Shown here: in pieces, positions 1 to 12,199 of the stretch
How positions within the stretch are numbered: position 1 is the first letter of the stretch
Layout: every line of letters begins with the position of its first letter
The notes under the pieces: generated by a model
What the model was told of the DNA's origin: nothing
The model's input: only the letters and a program-made list of their open reading frames with translations
The model's database searches: none
DNA from: Lama guanicoe
Lineage: Eukaryota
Direction of reading: 5' to 3'
Assembly (NCBI GenBank): GCA_013239625.1
Contig: MU054033.1
Location: 124,001 to 188,000, forward strand
Length of the DNA stretch: 64,000 nt
Position numbers and translations under genes: made by a program

Positions 1-478
1 CCTCGCTGGTCAGGCAGCCCCGCGTCCCCGTCTCCCACTCACGTGCTTCAGTTTGTGACGTTTCCTTCAGGAAAGGGAAAGGACCCAGGAAGAGATCTCT
101 GACAGGACTGCAGTGTCAGGCTCTCCCCACGTTGTTGAGGCTCCAGAAATAAGTAATAGACATTTACCCTTTGATTCTTAGCCAGATTACTTGCAGAATT
201 TACAGACTCTTGGTAAGAACAAGAGCCACTGTTTTGCTGTGGAAAACCTCATCCCACATTTTACAGAAAACGGGTGAGAAGCAGGGAAGGTGCAGCCAGG
301 ATGTACCAGAGATGGAAGCTGGGGCCTCCAGAGGCGTTGCTGGCGTCTGTTTGTGTGCTATTAGCAGGTGGAAGGGTTTGCAACATTTTAAATGGATGAA
401 CCCGGTCTTTAAACTATTTTTAGGTTAGTAATATCAAATCTCCCAGATACACTATCAAATGTATTTTTTTTCATTCAG

Positions 479-533
479 GTATTTTTGCAGTGTTGAAGGA
501 AAAGTGCAAACGAATTCATAAAGCTTTACAAGG
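479..533 (+). CDS. SPTLC1: SPTLC1 internal coding exon (equivalent to human exon 12), 55 nt
   Basis: tttttttcattcAG acceptor and GTAAGT donor. Translates (G)IFAVLKEKCKRIHKALQG, matching the remembered human SPTLC1 segment GIFAVLKEKCGQIHKALQG. Phase joins the next exon (GG|C). Confidence 0.96.
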
Positions 534-1589
534 GTAAGTTTGACGTATTTTCAGCGAATGTGAAGTTTATCTGCACCACATTTAAACGACTCATGACAAA
601 TTTGAATGGTTTTGGAGTGCATTCAATAAGCCTCGGTCAGTCTGACTGAATTCCAAATAAGAAACCAAAAACTCAAACCACTCAAATTGGTCTGCGTGCA
701 TGTAACCAGAGTGTCCATTTTGTCCTCGTTTTAAAGAATCACAACTTATTTTTCTAAAAATGTTACAAGCTCACTAGTGAAACATTACAGCAGTATGGAA
801 GGTAAAGATGGCAGCAGATCAGCATGCTACCCCCAGAAATAACCAGCATAGACCCTGGAGAACCTCTCCACATCTGTACGGATGAAAGGATGTAATTAGG
901 TGACAGTGAGTTCATACTGTCCATGTTGCTTTTTAGAAGATCACCAAGTTTTATTTTAAACGACTTCAAGAAAAAGAAACGAGTGACATCGAAGCGAACC
1001 GTATGAGTGTTCTGGTTTTTGGTTTGGTTTGGTTCCGTTTCGTTTTAACGACGTAAGAGTAGTTCTTTTAGGTTCCTCTTGAGAAAGAAGCTGTTGGTGA
1101 CGTCTTCAGGCAGATTTCTGGTGTTACAGCAAATGATCTCGCCTTACCCACTTCATTTTGCCTTTCCAAGGTGAAACCTGCCTTTTCAGTCACGGAAGAC
1201 CTGTTTTCTCTTGCCAGACACAGAAACTAGAAACTTTTCTAAAAGAAAAGGACAGTTGATAAATAAGTAGGTCACAGATGTTCCAGATAAAGTTAAAGGC
1301 AGAAGTAATTAAAGTCTGAGTCTGACTTCACAATCGTGACGAAAGTTCTTACATGATTTATGGTAGAGAGAGATTATGGTTGTTTCCAGTTACATTGGTT
1401 TATGAAATATTAATAGACCAGCACAGCACACTGGAGACACTATAAATTCAGTAACATCTGCCTCAGATGCCCTCTATTCTGTCTAGCAGTATTAGTATGT
1501 TTATTTTAAGTCCAATTCTCTACTTTCCCCAGTTCTTTCACACCTTTTTTTCTCTCCAGAATCCCTCACCCCCCGTCTCCCTCCACCCC

Positions 1590-2290
1590 CCTTTAGCTGA
1601 CAGCCTCGTCCTGTCACTTGGGAACGCCCTCATTTTCCTGACAAACCTGTACGCCTGCGGTATCTGAACCAGTCTTCCTCCATCCATCACAGCTCTGCTT
1701 CCTGAAGGACTGAGTGCCCTTGGGTGTCCCCTCTTCTTTCTCTTCCGTCTCTCCCCTTTCCTGAGTCATTTGCTTCGCACTCGGGGACACTCTGTCCTCT
1801 CTTGTCTTGAATCCCGCTTTCGCGTGACCCCACACGCCCCTCTGGCAGTTAGCCCATTGCTCTGCCTCTCTCTGTAGGCAGTCTCTGCAGAGCTGTTTGT
1901 GCCTTCCCCGCACCCTCACCGCTCGCGCACGCCGGGGGCGGCCGCAGTCCGCCTCCGCTCCCGCGCTGGAGCGGACGCCCCGCGGAGGCCCGTCTTGCTG
2001 AGCGCGTTAGCTCGTCTGGCCGCGCTCTCTGGATTCCGTTGCACCGCACGCCGGTGCGTCTCCGGCCTCTTTGAATTGCTTCGCCTTGGCTCCTCTGCAG
2101 GCTTTCTCTTAACATCCCTCTCGCTAGAGCTTAGTCCCTGCGCCTCCTTCCTCTCTTACCTTCTTGGAGAATTGCTGTCCTCCACACCTGGAGTTACAGA
2201 TCGTTGCGTGACACCTGCGTGTAGGCACCCCGAAGAATGGTTTTCTCCAGTCGCTCCCACTCTTTGGGCTCCCGGTGTCCCATCCTGTGG
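1590..2290 (+). mobile_element. Highly diverged, GC-shifted LINE-2 remnant (tentative)
   Basis: Pyrimidine-rich sequence loosely collinear with L2 ORF2 (..gcagtccgcctccgctcc.., ..cttggctcctctg..). Confidence 0.35.
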
Positions 2291-2510
2291 CTTCCTCCCC
2301 AGCCCCTCGTACCAGACGCACAGGAGAGGAGTGGGTGCAGGTTGTGCGAGGGTCAAGGGGGAGCAGGAACAGGACACTGAGGAGGCCTCTGTGGCAGGAG
2401 TGGGGAGGTGGGGGCATCCATCCAGACCTGGGGCCTTTGGGTTTGCTGTAGTCTGGGATCAGCTCTCTTGTATCTGTATTATTCCTACTATTTTTACTTT
2501 TGTCGTTTTC

Positions 2511-2606
2511 TTTTCTTTTCTTTTTTTAAATGGAGGTACTGGAGATTGAACCCAGGACCTCATGCGTTCTAAAGCATGAGCTCTGCCACTGAGCTGTCCC
2601 CTCCCC
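2511..2606 (-). mobile_element. Vic-1-type tRNA-Ala-derived camelid SINE
   Basis: Reverse complement of ggggaggg..cagctcagtgg..aggtcctgggttcaatctccagtacctcca with a T-rich tail on the + strand. Confidence 0.85.
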
Positions 2607-3934
2607 TCTGCCTTGTCCTGCCATTTTCATTTTTATGATACTCTTCCCAGGACTTTGCCTAGCACAATTTTTTAAGTTTGATTTTGTTTTTTACTCATAT
2701 TTTATTTTCTTTTATTGGTTTCTAACTTATTTTTCTACTTTCTTGTTTCATTGAATTACACTTATACTATTTTTAAAGACCTTTACATTTAGGTTATTGG
2801 TTTTATTATTTTCCAGTAAATACCTTAAAGGTAAACATTTTCAAGGGCAGGATTTTCAATGGTGAGTTCTACATAAATTTTTTTGGTCTCCTCTAACCTG
2901 TGATTTGCCTCTGCCATCTCGGAGGCTGCATTTAGGAGAGGAAATCGGCAGTCTGTGCTAGTTTGCCGCCTTGCTGGAGTCTTGAAGCTTCCCTAAATCC
3001 TGACAGGTAGTTGTTGCTGTCCATGCTCTGCCGGCACTGTAAGCACATGCTGGAGACCACGGCTGAACTGTTGGCTGTCCCGTCCCCGAGACCCAGACCA
3101 GTGCCTAGTAATTACAAATTTGGTAAAATAATATGGTAAATAATATGTTCTCCAAAATTTTGTTTAAAGAATAATAGGCTTTGAAACACGGCTCCTGTGT
3201 GTCTGAACTCGAGTTATGATTCTGTGTCCACGTGGTTTTAGTTAAACTTTAATCTGGCATTCAGCATCCAGGCATCCAGAAAAAGGGCATTTTGTTTCAT
3301 TCCTTCTCCCACCGGCTTGCTCCACTCATGCAAGATGAGCCCAGATATCCAATAACAAGCTGGATTAGGCTGCAGGTGCCTTGTATGTATCAAGGGAAAT
3401 CCATTTAATTCATGTGAAATGCTACTTGGAAAGTTTTAAGTCCATGTTTTAAGTTCTCCCCGGGAGAACATGACCTAAAACAGCTGATACTTCTCTGTGT
3501 ACAAGTTCAGCACATTCAGGATTCACCCAGGAAATGGGTTGGAAAGCATATTTTTTAGTCTCTACATGAGTAAAACAACTAATCTATGTAAAGTTCCCCT
3601 ACATGCCAGACGCCCTAGATTCTAAGCTTCCGTGACTCAGACCTGCAGCCTGGTTCTTTGAGAGATTCTAGCACGACGTATTGCATTGAAAGAGAAGAGA
3701 CACAGTCAGGGATGTTCAAGGACGGCCTGAGAGGCAGGCGAGCATAGCTTCCCCACCGCCCCTGGTGCCTGTCCCACGGCTGTCACCCACGGCTGTCACG
3801 CGGTAAAGCGTGCTGAGTCCTGAACGCGTCAGAGGGATGGGACATGCTACCAAGTGCCTTTTGTGCTCGCTCCGTGCTAAGGGAAGAGCAGGTCTTTCTG
3901 GGTAAAGCGGACCAAGTGAAAAGTGTCTGAGATG

Positions 3935-4137
3935 TATAGCCCAAGGAAAGTGGCTGTATTCAGTATCTTGCAATAACCTTTAATGAAAAACAGTATGAAA
4001 ACAAATATATGTGTGTGTATGTATGACGGGGACATTGTGCTGGGCACCAGACATTGACATATTGTAACCGACTGTACTTCAATATAAAAAACAAATGAAA
4101 TAAAATAAGATTAAAATAAATAAATAAATAAATAAAA
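3935..4137 (+). mobile_element. 5'-truncated lineage-specific L1 3' end with (TAAA)n tail
   Basis: tattcagtatcttgcaataacctttaatgaaaaa...gactgtacttcaat plus A-rich tail. Same family as copies at 26962, 47020 and 56900. Confidence 0.8.
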
Positions 4138-5057
4138 TATTTAGTCCAATATCAAATAGACATTTCTGTCCTAGGTGATAGGTCCAAAAATCCAGCCATA
4201 TTTTTATTATAGGATAAAAATGGACTTTAAATGAACCTGCTTAAATAACATGGCCTGTATTTCTCATGACGTCTGTAATAAACATTTGGAAATACAGGAT
4301 TTCACCCCCAAAGAATCTCTCCCCCTCCCTAAGAAAGGAGAAAATAATAATTTAAGTAAAAGTGAAAATGTAACATGCAAAGAAGAATGCAGCTTTACAA
4401 TCAAAATATATTGCTGGTGGCCATGATATAAAATTTTAATGTCAGAAATCATCCCTGTAATTCCATGAATGACAAGATGCAAACTAAATATTTAGATAAT
4501 TAGCAAGGAGCAGCCTTATCAATTAGAGTAAGTCCTTAAAGGAAACAGAGTAACAGAAAACGGTGGTGCAGAGGCTTCCCTAAAATGGGTGATGAGGGAG
4601 GCCCCCGGGCAGTGACCCTGGGGCTGGGAGCACGCGTGGAGCAGTGGGAAAATGGGAGAGAGTGGATGAGGAGTGGAGGCGACAGGGCCAAGGCGCAGGG
4701 TCCAGTGGGACTGCGAGGGACCGTGTGAGGAGGGGCCACCCCAGCCAAGCTGGGTGAGGCCCGTGGACCTCCTAGGGGGAGGCTGGGGACGACGGGAAAC
4801 GGGAGCCCTCGTGTCCGCTGGCTCGTGGCACCAAGCTCCCAGAAGCAGCCCCACAGGGGCCTGGACTCGGAAGCGCCGCCCAGAGCAGGCATGTTTCCCT
4901 GGCTGCTTCTGACTTGGAGTTCCACCACGTGCTGGTTCCCACTGAAGCCCCGAGTTCCTCCTACATTCATTAATGCAGGCTTTATTTTAAAATCATTTAC
5001 ATGTGAGAAGTCTGGGCTGGGCTGGACTTAGGCTTGTGCGTGTGTTCCCTGTTCCAG

Positions 5058-5175
5058 CATCCCTGGATTAAAGGTGGTGGGGGAGTCCATCTCGCCAGCA
5101 TTTCACCTCCAGCTGGAAGAGAGCACTGGGTCTCGAGAAGAAGATGTTAAGCTACTTCAGGAAATTGTCAACCAA
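5058..5175 (+). CDS. SPTLC1: SPTLC1 coding exon (human exon 13 equivalent), 118 nt
   Basis: ccctgttccAG acceptor and GTAAGT donor. Translates [39 protein letters not shown]. Confidence 0.97.
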
Positions 5176-6529
5176 GTAAGTATCCAGTCACTCCTGTGAA
5201 TTGCCTCAGATCCTTCTGCCCTGAACCCAGGCGGTTTTTAGTGTCAGTTTTAAGAACCGTCTCTTTGCCCCAGGAGATGGGGTATAACGGAGGTTGCTGG
5301 TCGCCCCTCTGGTGACATGGAGTTGTTCTAACGCCCAGCCTCCCCGGCATGTGTCCCTGCCCCGGGCACACCTCTGCTGACCGGCTGCAGATTATCCCAT
5401 TGGGTCAGTTGTCAGCTCACACTGAAGCTATGTTCTGTGCCACACCCCGCTTCCACTCTGAATCATCAGTCTTCCAGAAAACCCCCTTGCTCACCATGTA
5501 GAGAGCCAGGCTTCTATACGTGCAGGCGGGACGGCGTTGTGTGCGGCGGTCACACGCAGCACTGGACAGCTGGCTGCCTGGGGCTGAACCCTCAGCCTAG
5601 CTCGGAGCAGGTCACAATACTCTTGCCACCAGGAAAGAAGAAAGAAAAGCCACTTCGTTACCATGCCTGACTTGGGAGGCTGATTTAAATGTCTTTACCT
5701 TCTGAAAGTCACTTTACTACTAACTGTACCTTAGTTATTAACTAAGAAACGCGTCACTGGGGAAGGTCACTTGCCCTTTTCTGCTGCGCTCCCCCAGGTC
5801 CTCTGCCCTCACTCTCCCCTTTGTGAGGGGCTGTCAGGTGGCCCTGCAGCACGGGGCGCGCGTGCCCGCCTCTCGCTTGAATCTGACATACACGCCGTTT
5901 GTATGTGAGAATGAACACAGGCTTCATTCTGCTTCCTTGTCCTGATGATTCCTTCCGGAGGCTCCTGCCCCGAGTGCGTGCCGCCAGGGGTCAGGGTGAC
6001 AGTGATCCTGCCGCCTTCGCCCGGCTGCGGCACAGTGAGGTCAGGCACTTGGCCCCTCCGCGTGGAGACGGGGGTGCGAAGCCAGCCTCTGCCTTCACGG
6101 CTCGCTGCACCGTCCCGTGTCCTGCGGTGTGCGAGCCACGTCACCTGCAGCGGTCTGTTCACGGAGAGCCGCTCGCAGCTGTGGCCTTCTGGAGCCAGCT
6201 GTCTTACAATAAAAAATTAAAAAAAAAAGCCAACCCAGAATCTGAGATTCCTAATTGAGGAAACGTGTCGGGTCCCGAGTGATCAGGCCCGAGTGACTCT
6301 GGCCTTGCTTAGTGTCACAGGTGTCCCCTCAGGTACAGCTCTGCAGACACGAAAAGAGACAGATTCTTAAAGGGCAAGGCGCCCCACAGACCTCTTCTAC
6401 TGCCTCGATGTTTCTGTGATTCCGCTTCAGTGTGAACAGATACAAGACGAAGCATAGCGTGCTTGTCATTAGGGCTCTCACACAGCGTGACACCAAGGCA
6501 GATTCATAAGTTAAATACAGGCCCAACGG

Positions 6530-7045
6530 GCAGGCCTAGCGAAAGGCGCGTGACACGCGTTTGCGTGGCGGCTGCGTTTGTTTCCTGAACTGAGTTGCCG
6601 GGTGGCGTGGCCGGTGCCGACCGCGGCAGAGCGTGCCCCCCTCGGTGTCCGTGGTGACGCCCTCGGCCTCCCCGAGCCGCCCCCCGGCGCGCCCTCCGGT
6701 CTGCACGCCCCTCGTGTCTCTGGGCGACGGGGCGCCGGCTCTCCTCTCCACGGGGGGCAGCAGCGCGCCCTTCCTGCCGCTGTGCTCCCGGGGGTGGGGG
6801 GGGGGAGAGCCTGCGCTTCGGGGATTGGCCTCAGGACGAAAGGGGAGAGTGGGAGAGTCTGTGGGTGGCCCACGGTCCCAAAGAGACGTCTCTGGGCCGC
6901 GCTCGGGACCGGCTGCCTTCGGGAAGCCGTCTTGGGGGTCAGATGAGGGGGACCCCTCGGGGCGGGAACAGGACACTCCCCGAATAGGAAGGGAGAACAG
7001 GGGCCTCACGGGTTCCTTGCATCGTCACGGCTTCCGCCTTCGAGG
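6530..7045. other. Intronic CpG-island-like GC peak in SPTLC1
   Basis: About 500 bp of very GC- and CpG-rich sequence between the exons at 5058 and 8179. Confidence 0.6.
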
Positions 7046-8178
7046 CTTTCTGTCCTTTCCTCTTTGCTCTTTCTTTTCGGTATTCGAAGGAGAAAAAAAG
7101 AATCATGGCCCCGTTGCTCTTGTTTAGTTTAAGCTTTGTGAGACTGAGAGGTTTTGCCAAGTGTTTGCTGAGTTGCTCTATGAAACAACCGTCTTCACAA
7201 CTGAGCTGTGGTTTCTGTTCCTGGCTGCCAAGACTAGACAGCCCGTCCAGACGTTTTCAGAAGGAATTAGCATTTCCAGGGACACTTCCAGAGTCTACGG
7301 TCAGCAAAAGCCGTTGCCTGGTGGTGGTTCCCACCTTTTCCTGCCATGCGGCTTCCAGAGTGGCCCCTCTTCGGGCAAATGCCTGCGCTGCTCTACGCTG
7401 GGTTTGGGGAGTTTTGGGGGTTCTTAGTACCATTCACATACCATGAAGTTCACTCTTTTAGAGTCTCCACCTGAGTGGTTTTAGTAAGCCTCGCAAGGAG
7501 TCTACAGTCTAATTCCAGACCATTTCACACCCCAAAGAAACTTGCGTAAACCATCCCCTTGGTCTAACTTGATGCCTTCTCTGTTTTGACAGTGAATGTT
7601 TTTAACTTTTTAAAAACGTTGACAGGTGGCTCATATATGGGAAAGCTGAGCAAAAGTGCCACCAGACTCTTCTGTGCCTGGTAGCAGCAGGCCCGGGTGC
7701 AGCCCCCGGGAGTCAGATGCCCTGCAGATGCCTGACGTGGGAGCAGTTTCTCTCCGAAACGATTCCTCCGGCGTTAGACGCCCGGCTCTGGGTCAGCCTG
7801 CAGGCTTGGCTGGTGCTGCTTGCCCTTGTCCTGACTCTGCCTTGCCTAAGAGGGTAACCACTCGTTACCCACGACTGTGTAAGTCAGACTGAAAGGCCAG
7901 CATCGTGGTGCACCAGCCATATCTCAGGGGGCCCGAGGGCCTCTCGGGTCCCGGCTGCCGTGCTGGACAGCGCAGAGTGAACGCCTCCGCCACGCAGAAA
8001 GTTCTAGAGAACAGTGCTGCTCGAGATGATCTTGTGGCATTTTGTTCTGCCTTCCGGCAGTTACGACTGGACAAGTGAGTTAAAGCTACCACTGAGGGTA
8101 GCACCTCAGCGTCCCTTCCCGTTGTAACTGCCGGCGTCTGCCGCGCAGGGTGTGAGCACATTCCTTTTCTTTTTCCAG

Positions 8179-8252
8179 TGCATGGACAGAGGCGTCGCGC
8201 TAACTCAGGCGCGCTACTTGGAGAAAGAAGAGAAGCACCTCCCGCCTCCGAG
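8179..8252 (+). CDS. SPTLC1: SPTLC1 coding exon (human exon 14 equivalent), 74 nt
   Basis: Long polypyrimidine tract ttccttttctttttccAG and GTTGGT donor. Translates [24 protein letters not shown](S). Confidence 0.97.
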
Positions 8253-8750
8253 GTTGGTTAAAATGTGACCTGAGTTGCTGTTTTCTGCTTTCAAGTCTGT
8301 ATGAAATATATTACGTTTTGAAATTTTGTTGGAAGACTATCACAGGGGAAGGAAGAATGTGTATCTTTAAAAGGTAGAGAAACCTGTTTCTGTGCTTAAA
8401 CTGGGCGTTTTCCAGTTTGAACTGAAAAGCCCCTCAGGACTGCGCACCCCGCCGGTGAACTTAAGGAAGAGCTGAGGTTCCCCGCGACGAGCCGGGACAG
8501 CCCGGGCTCCTCCCGGCCAGGCCCCGCGGCTGTGCCGCGCTGCAGGGCCGTGCCAGCCGTCCGCTCCACGCGGGCAGTCCCGCGTCCTGCGGGGGGGCAC
8601 AGTGTCCCAGCCCAGGCTCTGTGCAGTCTTCATTTGGCAAAGGCTTGTTAAACACCTGAGGAAAAGCAAAGTGATGGTGGGGGAAATGTAGGGAGGTTCA
8701 GCCCCCAGCCGTGAGACGGTGCCTCGACGCATGATTCAACATTGGTGTTC

Positions 8751-8896
8751 GGGGTAGCTCAGGTGGTAGAGCGCATGCTCAGCATGCACGAGGTCTGGGG
8801 TTCAGTCCCCGGTCGCTCGTCTAAAAATGAATAAACCTAATTACCTCCCCCCCAACAAAAATAGACAGACAGACAGATGGATAAATAGATTATAAA
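8751..8896 (+). mobile_element. Vic-1-type SINE with TSD
   Basis: A box (tagctcaggtgg), B box (ggttcagtcc), aataaacctaattacctccccc tail. TSD ATTGGTGTT at 8741-8749 and 8897-8905. Confidence 0.88.
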
Positions 8897-10009
8897 ATTG
8901 GTGTTTACTCAACAGAACTTTGATTCGGCCCCAAAGCACTTACGGTGTAGTCGAAGGAGGTAGATACCCAGAGCATGAGTGTTCAGGGTCGCGACACAGG
9001 GCCAGGAGGTCACAGAGGAGGAGGGTGTGGTTAGTTCTGGCCTGGGAGGGACTCAGGCTTCCGGCAGCAGGTGATGCTTGAGCTGAGCATGGAAAATCGA
9101 GTGGGTCCAACAGGCCAAGCTGGGTGGGCAGTCGGGCCCTCCAGCAGGGTCTGCAGTGATGTGGAGACCTCTGGGTGCATCTGGGGGGCCCGGAGCACAG
9201 GTGCGAGCACCAGGGAGACGGAGGCCAGGGAAGACCCAGGGGAGCACACGGAGTCGGAGTCAGTGCCATGCAGGCGTGGACCGCCAGGCTGGGGCCTGGA
9301 AGAGCACTCTGGCAACAGCTCGGAAGTGCCCTAAAGATCCTGCTCTCTCAGTTCTGATTGCATCCACCCGAAGTTGTGTCCTGTGTTTCACAGGGACAGG
9401 GGCCGCCCTCGTTTTGTGCCCTTGGGACTCCACGCCCAGGAGTGACTCAGTGACTGTGTGTCCAGTGGACAGTGTGGATGTTTGCAGAGGGGAGTGAGAG
9501 GGGCAGAGGCAGCATTGCCCTGTCAAGCTGGTGTTTCTTGTCTTCAGTTTCCAAAAAAAACTTGAAAGTTTCTGCCTTGCATCACAGTAGTGTAGAACTT
9601 CCGTGTGACTTACTGAGTTCCAGTGATGAACGGCCGTGCCCTCGTTAACTTGAGAAACGCTGAACCCCTGCGTTGGGCCTGGCACCGCTTGCAGCGGTGG
9701 ATCATTTAAAGGACAGGGTTCCCTGCCGTCCCTGAGCAGAGCCCTGCTGCAGGTGACTTGGACGAGCTCGCTAGCAGTCCAGGCGGGGAACGGCAGGCTC
9801 GGGCAGTGGCCAGGTGGCACGTGCTGTGGGCTCGCGGGACAGCAGGTCCCCACCGCAAGTGCTGGGCCGTCCCGTAGCGGTGAGAGAGCGGCGGGGACAG
9901 GGGGCCGCGTAACAGCGGAGCTCGATTCACAACAGCACGTAGTGAACTGGCCCTTGATACAGACTCTCATTTGACAGTACTTTTGTGTGTGTCCCTTTTC
10001 CCCTCTCAG

Positions 10010-10103
10010 CATTAGGGTGGTTGTCACGGTGGAACAGACGGAAGAGGAGCTGGAGAACGCCGCGGCCACCATCAGTGAGGTGGCCCAGAGCGTGCTGCTG
10101 TAG
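10010..10103 (+). CDS. SPTLC1: SPTLC1 terminal coding exon (human exon 15 equivalent) with TAG stop
   Basis: cccttttcccctctcAG acceptor. Translates (S)[30 protein letters not shown]. The frame is continuous across all four exons. Confidence 0.97.
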
Positions 10104-11440
10104 TCCGCGCCGGGGCCCGGCGGCCGCCCGCCACCCGCCGCGCAGACCGGCCCCGGCGTCCCTGCGGAGCGAGCCGGAAGGGGGCCTGCGGGTGCTGCAC
10201 GGGGTGTCGCTGGACGGCGTGGGTGCCAGCTCGTGGTAGGACCCCGAGAGGGGTGCTGGTTACTTTTTCAAAGAAACCCATCTAAAAGCCCAAGAACTGA
10301 TTTTTTTTTTAAGAGGAAAACTGATGACAGCATACCGCTGAGGTTTAAACTGTGCATTCAGTACTGTTTAAATGGTTTACTAGCACTAGCGTTTTATATT
10401 CGTGCTTTTGTTGTCATTGTTTAAGAAGCGGAGCATCAGTTAATCTTCTTCCCCTTCTGGTAGCACAGACGGTGTAAGCACTCCATAATATTTCACAGAA
10501 GCCTGTCCACGACGCGAAGGCTTACAGGCGCTTCAGCGTGTATGAAACAAAGTGTGTTCTTTTGTTTCAAGGTCTAATTCAGCCACACCTCGTTCAGTCC
10601 TCGTCTCATGAAGCTCAGCGGTGGCTAATATATAAAGGAACACTTTTTGTGTGATGATTATAGACTTTCATTATAATATATTTGACTCCTGGAATTTTTA
10701 TACGCACTAAATACTGATGTTACACCGTTTGTCGCAGTGAGTCCTAGCACCCTGACCGGAGGACGGTTGGTTTACTTCCTAAGTGAGCAATAATGTAAAT
10801 CAAATACTACTTTATTTTAATATAATGACCTTTACATTTATTATGTGTTGACTTCTGGTTTTGGAAGAGGGTTATTGTAACGATCCCAAAACAGAAACCG
10901 TGCCCTCGATAGTTCACAATATCTTGAACGTACTGTTTTTTTGTGTAGTGGGTTTGCTTAGGGACACACAACTACAGGCTTTTTCTAAGCTGAGGAAAAA
11001 CGAGATCTTTATTTCTGTTCAGCTTATGAAATTCCAGATATCTACAAAAGATGTGAAAGCACTAAAAATAAAATTTTTAAGCTGTGCTTTAGCTGTTTTT
11101 TTGGTAGCAAACCAGGTTAGGTGGTATAAATGTGTGTGACATGTGCCATGAGACAGCAGACAAATGTTACACTGGTATTCCTTCTGTTATTAAAGGTAAA
11201 GAAATAAAATTGTAAAGAAAAAGAAAAGGTCATTTTTATAATCTATGTTCATATTAACAAATGGTCTTCAACATCTTTTTAAATAACATATATTTTTTAA
11301 TGTTTAGTTTCTATTTTGCTTGAGGTATTTTGTACGTATGTGCCTTGTGATTGCTGCTGCTTTAAAGAATCCAGTGCTCTTTGGGGGATGAATCTGTTTT
11401 GTTTTTTAATGAAATAAACCTACATTCCTGATAATCAGTC
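10104..11440 (+). other. SPTLC1: SPTLC1 3' UTR (about 1.3 kb)
   Basis: Follows the stop codon. First ~150 nt GC-rich, then AU-rich and repeat-free, with several poly(A) hexamers. The end point is inferred. Confidence 0.75.
11413..11418 (+). terminator. SPTLC1: Likely distal polyadenylation signal of SPTLC1 (AATAAA)
   Basis: AATAAA preceded by a U-rich tract and followed ~20-40 nt later by GU-rich tctgtttg...gtgtgtt. Other hexamers at 11067, 11189 (ATTAAA) and 11203. Confidence 0.7.
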
Positions 11441-12199
11441 TGTTTGCACATGCAGTGTGTTCGACAGAAGAGTCTTGATTTTAAATTCCACAGACCTAGG
11501 GTAGTACTGTGTTGGAGGGAGGTGTTGTTCGGAAAATACTAATTTAATTCCTTGGTGCCTTTCTTCTTTGTATAGTATCTGAATTCCTTGGTTCCCACTG
11601 ATTTGAGCCATGGCCACTTAACGACTGTAAAAATACTAGACCTATTATTTTTATAAGCAGATAAGGATTGTAACTTTTCAGATACTTTTATAATTCTTTC
11701 TGAGTCAAAATTGCAGTATCTAGATGTTTATTGCTACTTTTAAAAAATGACTGGAAGTTCCTGGAAAAGATGGTGGAGCAACACATATCATTTAACATCA
11801 CTCCTTGAAACACATCATCCACATGAACCAAAAGTAAAGACTTTGTAGTCACTCTATAGTTTTAACCCAATCCAGTAATATACACCATAAAAAATATCTA
11901 CTAGAAACCAATGAATTTGTATAAAACAAGCAAAATGTTGAGAACCAACAACCATCTCAGATCTGAAGCAGGTGACAAGTTTCTGTTCTAGAAGGGTTCC
12001 GAAATGCTCTGTCAGTGATGCAGTGTTTAGGGAGGCAGTGGCCCGGTGAGCAGCGTGGAAACCATTTGGAGCCTGTTTCCACTCAGCAGTGGCTCCCCGG
12101 GAGGCAGGAAGCCACACGACTGCTCCCTTTCTGTTGTCTGCAGGAGGTTCCAGCTCAGGACAAGTGGGGCTTTGAGGCAGGTTAGGACAGGTGGGCCAT

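Noticed and set aside
1899..2549. 216-aa ORF in an SPTLC1 intron
   Set aside because: Non-ATG start, spans a GC patch and ends in a SINE, with no recognisable domain.
3773..3798. 13-bp tandem duplication CCCACGGCTGTCA x2
   Set aside because: Ordinary slippage duplication with no further structure.
9260..10072. 270-aa antisense ORF overlapping the last SPTLC1 exon
   Set aside because: Shadow frame of a GC3-rich exon plus GC-rich intron, with no protein-like features.
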